A stretch of DNA of 64,000 bases from Candidatus Latescibacterota bacterium (GTDB lineage Bacteria > Latescibacterota > UBA2968 > UBA8231). A program made the translations under genes and the position numbers. The DNA lies in assembly GCA_965243025.1 (NCBI GenBank), contig CBDETY010000003.1, forward strand, positions 1,536,001-1,600,000. Reading direction: 5' to 3'. The notes beneath the pieces are model-generated. The model was not told the DNA's origin, searched no databases, and worked only from the letters and a program-made list of their open reading frames with translations. Below, piece by piece: positions 34,739-44,036 of this stretch; within the stretch, counting starts at the first letter, position 1; every line of letters starts with the position of its first letter.

Positions 34739-36466
34739 ATGGCACGCCACACGTGTTCCTGGGAGGCCTGGAGGACGGCCCTGGACCGGGGCGCCTTCCG
34801 GGATGAGTTCGCCCGCCTCCACGGGACCGGCGAAGCCCCCCTCTGGGAGCGGCGGTACGCCGGCGCCCTCGACGCCTATGCCGAATCGTACGGACGGGCC
34901 TCCCGGGTCGCGGTGGCGCGCTGCCCCGCGCAGATGAACCTCATGGGGATGCACCTCGACTACGGCGGCATGCCGTCGCTGCGCATGGCGGTCAGGGGCG
35001 CCGACGTCATCACCGTGGCCGGCCTGCCGGAAGGCTCCTTCCGGGAGACCCGGGTCCGCCTGCGCTCCATCGGCGACCGGGACGGGTGCGCCGATCGCTT
35101 CCCACCGGTCGAGCTCGACATGCGGGACATTGACCCCGGGGGGGACCTTCGTTCCCGCGAGGCGTTCATCGATTTCGCCAGCCGCGTCTGCGCCCGCCGC
35201 GAGCAGGAGACCGGGAGCAGCCTGGCCGGAGACTGGGAGGTCCTTCCCCGAGGTCAGCTCACCTACCTCTCCAGCCGCTTCCGCGGCCGCATCAGCGGAT
35301 TCGACGGGGTGCTGTGGAGCAACGTCCCGTCCGCCGGAGGGATGTCCTCCTCCTCGGCGGTGGTGGTGTCGACCGCCTTCGCCGCCATGGCCGTCAGCGG
35401 CCTGACCCCCTGGGAGGAGATGTCACGCGAGGATCTCGCCGACGGCATCGGCATCTCCGAGTGGCTGCGCGGTACCCGCGGCGGCTGCGCCGACCACGGC
35501 GGCATGATCATGGGAAGGGTTGGAGAGCTGGTGGCGGTAGGAGCGCTGCCGACCAGCGACGAAGGACGGGTCAGCCTGCCGCCGGAATACGCCGCAGTCA
35601 GCTTCGACACAGGCGTGCGGCGGCGCTACGACGAGGCCGCAAAGGACGAGACCGTGATCTCCTATCCGCTCGCCGTGTTCGCGCTGCGGGAGCTGATCCT
35701 GCCGGCCCTGGCCAGGCGAGCCGGTTTTTCCGGTCTCGCCCGCGGGGAGCGCCTGGGGCTGCTGCGGGACCTCACCCCCGAAAAACTCGGTCTTTCCCCG
35801 GCGCAGATCTTCGAGCTGCTGCGGGCGCTGCCGCGGCGCACCTCGTTGAGGGAGATGGAGCGCTGGTCCGCAAACGCCGGCAGGGAGGCCCGGTTCTCCC
35901 GCTTTCGCGGCAGCGAGGTCGGCGACCGCTATCCGCACCTGTCGGCGGACTATCCCATCCTTTTGCGCCGGCGCGCAGCTTTCGCCCTGGCCGAGCAGGA
36001 CCGGGTGCACATGATGCGGAGCTTCCTCCACCGCGGCGACATGGCCAACGCGCTGCGGTTGATCCGCCTTTCCCACTCCGGAGACCGCGACCGGGAGGTA
36101 GACGGCGAGCTGCTCGCCCGTCACGCCGCCGGGGTCGCCGCCGGGGTCGCCGCAGGAGAGGATGGCTGGCGCCTCTGCTTCCTTGCGGGAGGGTACGGGC
36201 GCATGACCCCGGAGTACGACCGGGTGGTGGGGGCGGTCAACCGCTGTCTCGTGGAGGCGGGCGGAGAGGAGGCCGGGGCGGTGCAGCGGCTCGGAGCCGG
36301 CTGGGGGGGAAGGGCCGGGGGCCTGGTGCGACGCGACTGCTTCGAGGGGAAACCGGCGGGGCAGCTGGCGGCCGCGGTCGGCGAGCGCACGGGAATCGAG
36401 CTGGAGCTGCAGTCGAGCGTCGTCGCTCCCGGAGAAGGGGCTTCGCTTCTGCAGGCCCCGTCCTGA
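34739..36466 (+). CDS. Divergent galactokinase-like GHMP kinase
   Basis: RCPAQMNLMGMHLDYGG (cf. GalK RAPGRVNLIGEHTDY), PSAGGMSSSSA, GGCADH, GAGWGG. Confidence 0.75.
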   Translation: MARHTCSWEAWRTALDRGAFRDEFARLHGTGEAPLWERRYAGALDAYAESYGRASRVAVARCPAQMNLMGMHLDYGGMPSLRMAVRGADVITVAGLPEGSFRETRVRLRSIGDRDGCADRFPPVELDMRDIDPGGDLRSREAFIDFASRVCARREQETGSSLAGDWEVLPRGQLTYLSSRFRGRISGFDGVLWSNVPSAGGMSSSSAVVVSTAFAAMAVSGLTPWEEMSREDLADGIGISEWLRGTRGGCADHGGMIMGRVGELVAVGALPTSDEGRVSLPPEYAAVSFDTGVRRRYDEAAKDETVISYPLAVFALRELILPALARRAGFSGLARGERLGLLRDLTPEKLGLSPAQIFELLRALPRRTSLREMERWSANAGREARFSRFRGSEVGDRYPHLSADYPILLRRRAAFALAEQDRVHMMRSFLHRGDMANALRLIRLSHSGDRDREVDGELLARHAAGVAAGVAAGEDGWRLCFLAGGYGRMTPEYDRVVGAVNRCLVEAGGEEAGAVQRLGAGWGGRAGGLVRRDCFEGKPAGQLAAAVGERTGIELELQSSVVAPGEGASLLQAPS

Positions 36467-36475
36467 GGAGGAGAG

Positions 36476-37684
36476 ATGGAACAGGAAAAGACAGGTTTGC
36501 TGCAGGGCGTCCGCGTCCTCGACCTGACCCGCGTTCTCGCCGGCCCGTTCGCCTCGATGATCCTCGCCGATTTCGGCGCCGAGGTGGTCAAGGTCGAGCT
36601 CCCCGGGGGCGGGGACGAGGCGCGCGGGTTCGGGCCTTTCGTCAACGGCGAGAGCGCCTACTTCGCCAGCGTCAACCGCGGCAAGAAGAGCGTCGCCGTC
36701 GACCTGCGCAGCGAGCGCGGGCAGGAGCTGGCGCGCGCCCTGGCCGGCAGGTGCGACCTGCTTCTCGAAAACTTCCGCCCGGGAAGCATGGCGCGCTTCG
36801 GGCTCGACTACGACAGGCTGCACGCCGAGCATCCCCGGCTGGTGTACGCCTCGATATCCGGCTTCGGGCAGACAGGTCCCTACGCCCGCCGGCCGGCATA
36901 CGACGTCATAATCCAGGCGATGAGCGGCATCGCCAGCATCACCGGTATCGACGGCCAGCCCCCGGTCAGGGTCGGCTCTTCCATAGCGGATCTCAGCGCG
37001 GCGCTCTACGGGGTAATCGGCATGGTCGCCGCCTTGACCCGGGCCCGGGAGACCGGCAAGGGGCAGCACCTCGACGTCTCCATGCTCGACTGCCAGATCG
37101 CCCTGCTCGAGAACGCCGTCGCCCGCTACGACGTCACCGGCGAGGTGCCGGCGCCCCTCGGCAGCCGCCACCCGGCGATCACGCCGTTCCAGTTCTTCCG
37201 GGCCGCGGACGGGTACCTGGTGATCGCCGCCGGCAACAACCGCCTGTGGCGGTCGCTGTGCGAGACCGTCGGCACGCCGGAGTTGTGCGGGGACGAGCGC
37301 TTCGCGACCAACGAGCTGCGCACCCGCAACCACGCCGAGATGGAAAAGCTGCTGGCGGCCCCGCTGGCGCGGCGTCCGGTGGAGGAATGGTGCGACCTTC
37401 TCGGGCAGGCGGGGGTCCCTTGCGGGCCCATCCACGACATAGGGGAGGTGGTGGCCGATCCCCACGTAGCCGCCCGCGGCGTGATCAGGCGGCAGGAGGT
37501 GCCGGCCGCGGGAGCCTCGGTCGCCGTCCCGGCCTCACCGCTGCGGTTCTCGCAGGCCGGCTGCGTGCTCGAACCGCGTCCGGCTCCGGACCTCGGGCAG
37601 CACACCGATGAAATCCTCGGGGAGATGGCCGGGGTTTCCCCGGACGAGCTCGCCCGCCTGCGGACCGAGGGCGTCATCGGTTGA
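36476..37684 (+). CDS. Class III CoA-transferase (CaiB/BaiF family)
   Basis: VLDLTRVLAGP, NRGKKS, ENFRPG, SISGFGQTGP, YD, APDLGQHT. Confidence 0.93.
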   Translation: MEQEKTGLLQGVRVLDLTRVLAGPFASMILADFGAEVVKVELPGGGDEARGFGPFVNGESAYFASVNRGKKSVAVDLRSERGQELARALAGRCDLLLENFRPGSMARFGLDYDRLHAEHPRLVYASISGFGQTGPYARRPAYDVIIQAMSGIASITGIDGQPPVRVGSSIADLSAALYGVIGMVAALTRARETGKGQHLDVSMLDCQIALLENAVARYDVTGEVPAPLGSRHPAITPFQFFRAADGYLVIAAGNNRLWRSLCETVGTPELCGDERFATNELRTRNHAEMEKLLAAPLARRPVEEWCDLLGQAGVPCGPIHDIGEVVADPHVAARGVIRRQEVPAAGASVAVPASPLRFSQAGCVLEPRPAPDLGQHTDEILGEMAGVSPDELARLRTEGVIG

Positions 37685-38108
37685 GGCGACCCCCGGAGCG
37701 GGTTCCGGTGGATGGGTCCCCCGCACCGAAGCCGCCGTCAGGGCGGCGGGCGGATAGGCTTGAAAGTCGTCGAGAAGGCCGTGTCGGGTGTTCAGCCGGA
37801 GGATGCGGCGCGGCACTCGTCTCACGTCTTGGCCGGACAACGGCGGGGCGGGAACGAAAACGGGGGCCTCCACCCCATCGAAATGCTTGAAGTGGCGAGA
37901 CTTTCGAGTTGCGCTTACAGGCACAGCGACAGGGTCAGAGCTGAACGAAGATACAGCCCCGCCCGGAGGATTGCCGACGGCGGGACGAACCAGACAAAGG
38001 CAATCGCCGCCGCGCATCATGCGCGGAAAACAGTACCCATGCTTCGACATGGAGGGCACCAGAGCCAACATCCGCAACGCGGGGTAGGGCACTCGCTGCA
38101 CTTCGGGA

Positions 38109-39326
38109 CTATGCCTGCTTGCCCCCCGGCCTGCTGACGATCTTGCGCAGCGCCGATCTCGCGGACGAAACGGTTCCCGAAACAATGTCCTTCTCCGTAA
38201 TGCGCGCGAACAAAATTTCGCCGTCCTCGGCGCGATTTCGATCGTACTGAATGTAGAGGTACCCGTCCGGAGACAGGGCCACGTCCGGGTAGGAGATCCG
38301 GTGCCGCTCATCGAGCAGAAATCCGGGGCACCAGGTGGCGCCGTCGTCATCCGAAAGATAGGCGGTGAGATGCGAGCGCCTGTCGCTCCCCCGGTGAATC
38401 CCGGTACCGTGTTTGACCAGCAGCAGCCGGCCGGAGTGCAGGCGGCGAAGGTGAAACCTGCTCGACGCGGAGCGCGTTACCGACGCGATTTCGCCCTGGT
38501 TTCGGGAGGCGTTCGAAGTCAGATGTCCGATGCTCGAAGGCCTCGGTTTGCTCCAGGTGCGGCCGAAATCGGTGGAGAAACTCTCTCCGATACCGTACCT
38601 GGTGCGAGACAGCATCCAGATCGCGTTGTCGGTCCTCTCCACTACCATGTGTTCGTTGAATTCGCTGTCCGGAAAGATCACGCATCCACGCCATCCCCAG
38701 GTCCTTCCCTGGTCCGGTGAAACGAACACGCTCGCTCCTCGAACAGGATCCAGTTCGTGAAAGCAGTGTCGAAACGGTTCCGATACGTGCCACCGTTCCC
38801 ACAGCGAAACCGGAAGCATCCAGTCCCCGTTCGACAAAACGACGGGCTTGTTTATGGAGGCTCCAATGCCCACGTAGGCGGGTTCGGTCCAGATCGGTTC
38901 GCCGGCGTCCGGGTTGTCACAACGGATGTACCAGTTGCTGGCGCATCCGTCGAACATTTCAAAGGTCTGCTGGAAAAAGAACCACAGCCGGCCGATCGGA
39001 TCGCACCACAGCATGCCGACCCGCGAGCAGCGCTCACAGGGCAGATCCTTGCGGTGGGGATCGACGACGAAATCAGGCTCGGTCCAGTGTTCACCGTCGT
39101 CGTCGCTATGGGCGACGACCAGGAACGCCGCGGGGCTGTCGCCGCCGCCGACCCGGCAGGACCACAATCGTCCTCCCTGAGTCCGTTCAATGCCCTGCGC
39201 CATACCGTAATCGAGATGATCACAGCCATACTCGGGCAACGGCGAATGGTTGATGACCGGTTGCTCGCGGATCCTCTCCAGCAGCTCCCGGGTGACCATC
39301 GACTTATCCTGCATTTTCTCCGACAT
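38109..39326 (-). CDS. Sialidase-family BNR/Asp-box beta-propeller protein
   Basis: Asp boxes SDDDGEHW, SPDQGRTW, STDFGRTW, SDDDGATW; ISYPD, YDRNR. Confidence 0.85.
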   Translation of the reverse strand: MSEKMQDKSMVTRELLERIREQPVINHSPLPEYGCDHLDYGMAQGIERTQGGRLWSCRVGGGDSPAAFLVVAHSDDDGEHWTEPDFVVDPHRKDLPCERCSRVGMLWCDPIGRLWFFFQQTFEMFDGCASNWYIRCDNPDAGEPIWTEPAYVGIGASINKPVVLSNGDWMLPVSLWERWHVSEPFRHCFHELDPVRGASVFVSPDQGRTWGWRGCVIFPDSEFNEHMVVERTDNAIWMLSRTRYGIGESFSTDFGRTWSKPRPSSIGHLTSNASRNQGEIASVTRSASSRFHLRRLHSGRLLLVKHGTGIHRGSDRRSHLTAYLSDDDGATWCPGFLLDERHRISYPDVALSPDGYLYIQYDRNRAEDGEILFARITEKDIVSGTVSSARSALRKIVSRPGGKQA

Positions 39327-39352
39327 CTACCGCCTTGCCGCAGGAGAACCGG

Positions 39353-40351
39353 CTACATCCAGTCGATCGCGACCCCGGTCTCCCCGGCCAGCACGTCGAG
39401 GCGCCCGGCATCCTCCGTGCCTATGCGGATGCCGCTCTCCCGCTGATCCTTCTCAAGGCGGTCCTCGACGGCTCCCGGCAGGGTCGTCTCGCCGTATCCC
39501 GGCAGCGGAACCATCTGCTCGCGGGCGAGGCGGACCATCTCGTCGATGCCGTGCCGGAATTCTTCCGGCGGGCAGAAGAGGCCGATGTCCATGACCCAGA
39601 CCATGCCTCCGAGCCTGGCGGACGGGTATCTCCGCCTGGTCTCCCGGCAGGCCTCGCCGGCGAGGCCGACGAAAACACCTCCGAGGGCTGAGGCGACCGC
39701 GGTGTACCCCATCGACTTGAAGAAAGCTGCCGGGATGAGGGTTCCCAGGGCATCGTACTGCGGTCCGCGCCAGTCGTCGGCCATGATGCAGGTGGCGCAG
39801 TCGAGGACGACGGGGGACTCCGAGGCGCTCGGGAGGCCGAAGCTGAGCGGCGGGTTGCCGTAGTACATCGCCCGTTTTCCCTCGTTCGATTCGTAGTACT
39901 GCGGGTAGGCCCCCTGCACCGAGAAGGCGGTGCAGCCCTCCTCCATGGCGCGGCGGACGTAATGCCCGGCCGAGCCGTAGTGGCCGATGTTGCAGGCGGC
40001 TCCGACCGCGACCCCCCTGTCGCGGGCCTTCCGGACCGCGGCCTCGGTCGCCATCATCATCGGGGAGTACCCCAGGCCGCCTCCGCCGTCGATATGGATC
40101 GCCGCGTCCGTCTCCTTGAGGACGCGGATCTCCGGGTCTGTGTTGACCGCCCCGCCCCGAAGGGCGCCGCAGTACCCGCCGAGGGCGCGGGTCCCGTGGG
40201 AGCGCACCCCGCGCAGGTCGGAGTTGACGAGGCAGCGGGCCAGCAGCGAGGCCTGGTCGCCCGGCATGCCCGCATGCTGCAGGCAGGCGGTTGCGAAGAT
40301 CAGCAGTTCTCTTTCGGCGATGCGTCTGAATTCATCCGGGGGTCGGTTCAT
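39353..40351 (-). CDS. Ldh_2 family oxidoreductase (malate/L-lactate/sulfolactate dehydrogenase type 2)
   Basis: DLRGVRSHG, IDGGGGLG, HYGSAGHY, GNPPLSFG, LDCAT, LPG. Confidence 0.87.
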   Translation of the reverse strand: MNRPPDEFRRIAERELLIFATACLQHAGMPGDQASLLARCLVNSDLRGVRSHGTRALGGYCGALRGGAVNTDPEIRVLKETDAAIHIDGGGGLGYSPMMMATEAAVRKARDRGVAVGAACNIGHYGSAGHYVRRAMEEGCTAFSVQGAYPQYYESNEGKRAMYYGNPPLSFGLPSASESPVVLDCATCIMADDWRGPQYDALGTLIPAAFFKSMGYTAVASALGGVFVGLAGEACRETRRRYPSARLGGMVWVMDIGLFCPPEEFRHGIDEMVRLAREQMVPLPGYGETTLPGAVEDRLEKDQRESGIRIGTEDAGRLDVLAGETGVAIDWM

Positions 40352-40361
40352 CGCGGCCCTT

Positions 40362-41924
40362 TCAGGAGTGGTACTTCAGCGCCCTGCCCGGCAGCACCTC
40401 CGGCAGGGGATCGACCGCCGTTCCCCCGGAAATCACCTGCACGCCGTTGACGATCACCGTGTCGATCCCGGTCGGGAGCTGGTGCGGATCCTCGTAGGTG
40501 GCGCGGTCGGCGACGGTATCGGCATCGAAGAGGACGACGTCGGCGTGGTATCCCTCGGCGATGCGGCCTCGCCGGGTAAGCCCGAAGCGCTCGGCCGGGC
40601 GCCCGCTCAGCTTGTGCACCGCCTCCTCCAGGGAGAACAGCTTCTGGTCGCGCACGCAGGGTCCCAGCAGGCGGGGGGCCGACCCGTACACCCTGGGGTG
40701 CACCTGTCCGTCGGGGAAGTAGATCCCGTCGGACCCCATCATGTAGAGGTCGTGTGAGAGAAAGGGGGAGACCAGCGAGTCGTCGCCGTGGTGGAAGACC
40801 AGCAGCACGGCCAGGCCCTCCTCGATCAGCAGGTCGCAGAGGGCGTCGGCGGGCGCCTTGCCGACCGCTTCGATGTACTCCGCGACCGAGCTGCCGATAT
40901 GGCAGGCGTTCCCGGCGCTCTGCAGCCAGGCGATGTGGGTGTGGGGGAAGCGGGCCGGCTCGAGATCGGCGGCGAACTGCCTCCGCAGGGCGGGGTCCTT
41001 GAGCTTTGCCATCGCCGCGAGCGGTCCGTCCTCCCAGATCTCGTACGGCAGCAGGAAGTTCAGCATCGTGCTCCCCGGGAGGTAGGGGTACACGTCGAAC
41101 GAGAAGTCGACCTCGTGGCGCGCGGTTCTGTCGACGTACTCGAGAACTTGCTCGATGGTTGCGGGATCGGCCGCTTTAAGGTGCGAAACGTGCACGGGGA
41201 TTCTGGCGCGCCTGCCGATCTCGACCGCCTCTTCCAGGGCGGGGACGATCCCCTTCCGGTAACGCATGTGAGTGACGTACAGACCGCGCTGCTCCGCCAT
41301 GACCTCGCACGCTTCCACCAGCTCGTCGGTGGTGGCGAAGCACTGGGAGATGTAGTCGAGGCCGGTGGAGACGCCGACCGCTCCTTCGGCCATGCCGCGC
41401 TCGATCTCCCGCCGGATCACCGTCATCTGGAAGTCGTCGGGGACGGCGCGTCCGAAGCCGCAGGCCATGCTGCGGACGTTGGCGTACGGGATGTGGGCAA
41501 CGGCGTTCTGCACGTTGGCTGCGTCGACCCGGTCCATGTATTCGCCCAGAGTTTTCCATCCGTCGTACTCGCTGTACGACAGCGCGTTGAGTGATTTCAT
41601 ATAAAATATCCACTCAGGTGCGGTGTCCGGGTCGACGGGGGCGTAGGAGATGCCGTCGGCCATGATGACCTCGGTGGTGAACCCCTGGGAGGTCTTGGCG
41701 AGCAGGTTGGGGGTCTTCAGCAGCCAGGCGTCGGTGTGGTTGTGGGTGTCGACGAATCCCGGCGCGACGATCATTCCCGAAGCGTCGATGCGTCGGGCGC
41801 TCGCGTCGGCGGAAAGGTCCCCGACCGAGGTGATGCGGTCCCCGGAAACGAGGACATCGGCCTTGAAGCGTCCGGCGCCCGTCCCGTCTATGACGGTGCC
41901 GTTGAGTATGGCGGTTTCTGTCAT
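40362..41924 (-). CDS. N-acyl-D-amino-acid deacylase-family amidohydrolase
   Basis: APGFVDTHNHTD, STGLDY, THMR, VSHLK, GSDG, HPRVYG, ADVVLFD. Confidence 0.9.
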   Translation of the reverse strand: MTETAILNGTVIDGTGAGRFKADVLVSGDRITSVGDLSADASARRIDASGMIVAPGFVDTHNHTDAWLLKTPNLLAKTSQGFTTEVIMADGISYAPVDPDTAPEWIFYMKSLNALSYSEYDGWKTLGEYMDRVDAANVQNAVAHIPYANVRSMACGFGRAVPDDFQMTVIRREIERGMAEGAVGVSTGLDYISQCFATTDELVEACEVMAEQRGLYVTHMRYRKGIVPALEEAVEIGRRARIPVHVSHLKAADPATIEQVLEYVDRTARHEVDFSFDVYPYLPGSTMLNFLLPYEIWEDGPLAAMAKLKDPALRRQFAADLEPARFPHTHIAWLQSAGNACHIGSSVAEYIEAVGKAPADALCDLLIEEGLAVLLVFHHGDDSLVSPFLSHDLYMMGSDGIYFPDGQVHPRVYGSAPRLLGPCVRDQKLFSLEEAVHKLSGRPAERFGLTRRGRIAEGYHADVVLFDADTVADRATYEDPHQLPTGIDTVIVNGVQVISGGTAVDPLPEVLPGRALKYHS

Positions 41925-42299
41925 GGGTTCAGTGGGTTTGCAGACCGGCTGCGACAGGGGTTGGTACCCGCAGTGGTCGAACCAGGAGGTCCGAACTGAT
42001 CGGCTTCCTCCCCGACCGGAATCTGGAACCGGTCGAAACGCGCCATTTCGGCACGTACATTTTTTTTAATTCCCGATTCATGGACTTGCTCGAAGGGCCC
42101 GGCGGGTTTGAGGTTGGGATCGAAATAACGTAGAATCTGCTCCCGTTTCTCGATTGGGCAGGTCGGCGGCCTGCTTTCTTCAGGTTGCGTTTCTGCCCTG
42201 GCGGGCGGTCGAAGATATCGCCGCGCCGGACCGGGAGCAACCGCGCCCACAAGCCGCTTTTTTTCAATTCGCAGCGGTTCCAGATGACGAGGTGACGAC

Positions 42300-43115
42300 T
42301 TGATTGTCGACCCCCATACACATGTATGGATCAACGATCCGGAGTTCCCCTGGCCGGCGGAGACCCCCGACCCGCCGCAGGAGGACAGAACCGCGGAGAT
42401 GCTTCTCCGGGAGATGGCCGCCCACGGCGTCGACAGGACGGTGCTGGTCCAGGTCATCCATTACCGCTGGGACAACCGCTACGTCGCCGACGCGGTGCGC
42501 CGCTACCCGGAAAAGTTCATGGCAGTCGGCAGGATCGACCCGGAAGACCCGGGTTCTCCCGATCACCTCAGCATGTGGACGGAGGAGCACGGGCTTCACG
42601 GGGTGCGGCTCTCTCCCTCGGTCGACGCCGCCGGGGACTGGTTCGGCGGGCCCCTGATGCCGCCGGTTTTCGCCCGCGCCCAGGATCTCGGAGTGCCGTT
42701 GCTGCTGTTGACCAGGCCGCCCCGCCTCCGGGAGCTGGTCCCCCTGCTGGAGGAGCACGGCGACCTCGACGTCGTCATCGATCACATGGCCGACGTCCAT
42801 CCGGATGACGGCGAAGGCAGGAGAATCCTGATGGACCTGGCGCGCTTTCCGGGGGTGTACGTCAAGATCTCCCACACCTGGAGCATTTCCCGCGAGGCCT
42901 ACCCCTGGGCGGACACCCACGGTCTCGTGGAAGAGGTGTACCAGTCCTTCGGCCCCCGGCGCATCATGTGGGGCACCGATTGGCCGGTCTGCCTTGGCAA
43001 GGCGGAGTACGGACAGACCCTCAGCGTCGTCAGGGAGGGGATGAAGTTCATTTCGCCCGGGGACCTGGAATGGGTGCTCGGGAAGACGGCTCTGCGGCTG
43101 TGGCCGTTCTCGTGA
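42300..43115 (+). CDS. Amidohydrolase_2 family protein (sugar lactonase-like)
   Basis: IVDPHTHVW, GVR, VIDHMA, YVKIS, MWGTDWP. Confidence 0.88.
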   Translation: MIVDPHTHVWINDPEFPWPAETPDPPQEDRTAEMLLREMAAHGVDRTVLVQVIHYRWDNRYVADAVRRYPEKFMAVGRIDPEDPGSPDHLSMWTEEHGLHGVRLSPSVDAAGDWFGGPLMPPVFARAQDLGVPLLLLTRPPRLRELVPLLEEHGDLDVVIDHMADVHPDDGEGRRILMDLARFPGVYVKISHTWSISREAYPWADTHGLVEEVYQSFGPRRIMWGTDWPVCLGKAEYGQTLSVVREGMKFISPGDLEWVLGKTALRLWPFS

Positions 43116-43149
43116 CCGCCCCGCGAGCGCTCCTTCCGGAGGGCTGAAA

Positions 43150-44019
43150 GTGATCCGCATCGGCATCGTCGGGGCCGAGAACAGCCACACCGCGGCGATC
43201 GCCAAGGTCCTGAACGTCGACAGGAGAGTGGCCGGCGCGCGCGTGACCCACGTCTGGGGGGAGACCCCGGAGTACGCGCGCGCAGCGGCCGGGACGGGGC
43301 GCATACCCGCCATAGTCCGGCAGCCGGAGGAGATGATCGGCGAGGTCGACGGCGTCGTGGTCGACCACCGCCACGGGGCGGAGCATCTGCCCGCGGCGCG
43401 GCCGTTCCTCGAAGAGGGGCTGCCCCTGTTCGTCGACAAGCCGTTCTGCTGCCGGACCGCGGAGGGGCGGCGGTTCCTGAAGCGGGCGCGGACCCTCGGG
43501 GTGCCGGTGTGTTCCTTCTCGGTGCTCCCCAAACAGGCCAGTTTCCGGTCGCTGCAGGAGAAGGCCGCCCGCCTCGGGGCCCTGCACGCGGTGACGACCA
43601 CCGGGCCGTGCGACGTCAGGTCGAAGTGGGGGGGCATCTTCTTCTACGGCATCCACCAGGTAGACATGCTGGTGCGGCTTTTGGGGTACGACTTCTACCG
43701 CGGCAGCGTAACCAGGGGCCGGGGCCGCAACCACACCGCCTCGGTCCTGTATCGCGGCGGCGCCGTGGGAACGATGAACCTCATCGGCGCGGGCACACCC
43801 GCCTTTCACGTATCCGCGATCGGGGAAAAGGGCCGCCTGGACTCGGTGATAACCTGGGACAGGAGCATGTACCTGGCCGGGGTGCGGGAGTTCGTGCACA
43901 TGTTCGCGACCGGGGAGACCTCCGAGACCGACGAGACCATGCTGGGCCCGGTCGCGGTTCTCGAAGGTCTCGAGAAGTCCCTCGCCCACCCGCACGCGCG
44001 GGTAGGAATCAGACTGTAA
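43150..44019 (+). CDS. Gfo/Idh/MocA family oxidoreductase
   Basis: IRIGIVG, FVDKP, FYGIHQVD. Confidence 0.85.
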   Translation: MIRIGIVGAENSHTAAIAKVLNVDRRVAGARVTHVWGETPEYARAAAGTGRIPAIVRQPEEMIGEVDGVVVDHRHGAEHLPAARPFLEEGLPLFVDKPFCCRTAEGRRFLKRARTLGVPVCSFSVLPKQASFRSLQEKAARLGALHAVTTTGPCDVRSKWGGIFFYGIHQVDMLVRLLGYDFYRGSVTRGRGRNHTASVLYRGGAVGTMNLIGAGTPAFHVSAIGEKGRLDSVITWDRSMYLAGVREFVHMFATGETSETDETMLGPVAVLEGLEKSLAHPHARVGIRL

Positions 44020-44036
44020 ACTCCTCAGGAGGAGCA

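Noticed and set aside
36124-36153. 12-bp in-frame tandem repeat (AAGVAAGVAA) in the GHMP kinase
   Set aside because: Frame-neutral GC-rich slippage with no evident functional consequence
37712-38137. ORFs of 141, 99 and 69 aa between the CoA transferase and the sialidase-like gene
   Set aside because: No RBS, no motifs, atypical codon usage; not supportable as genes
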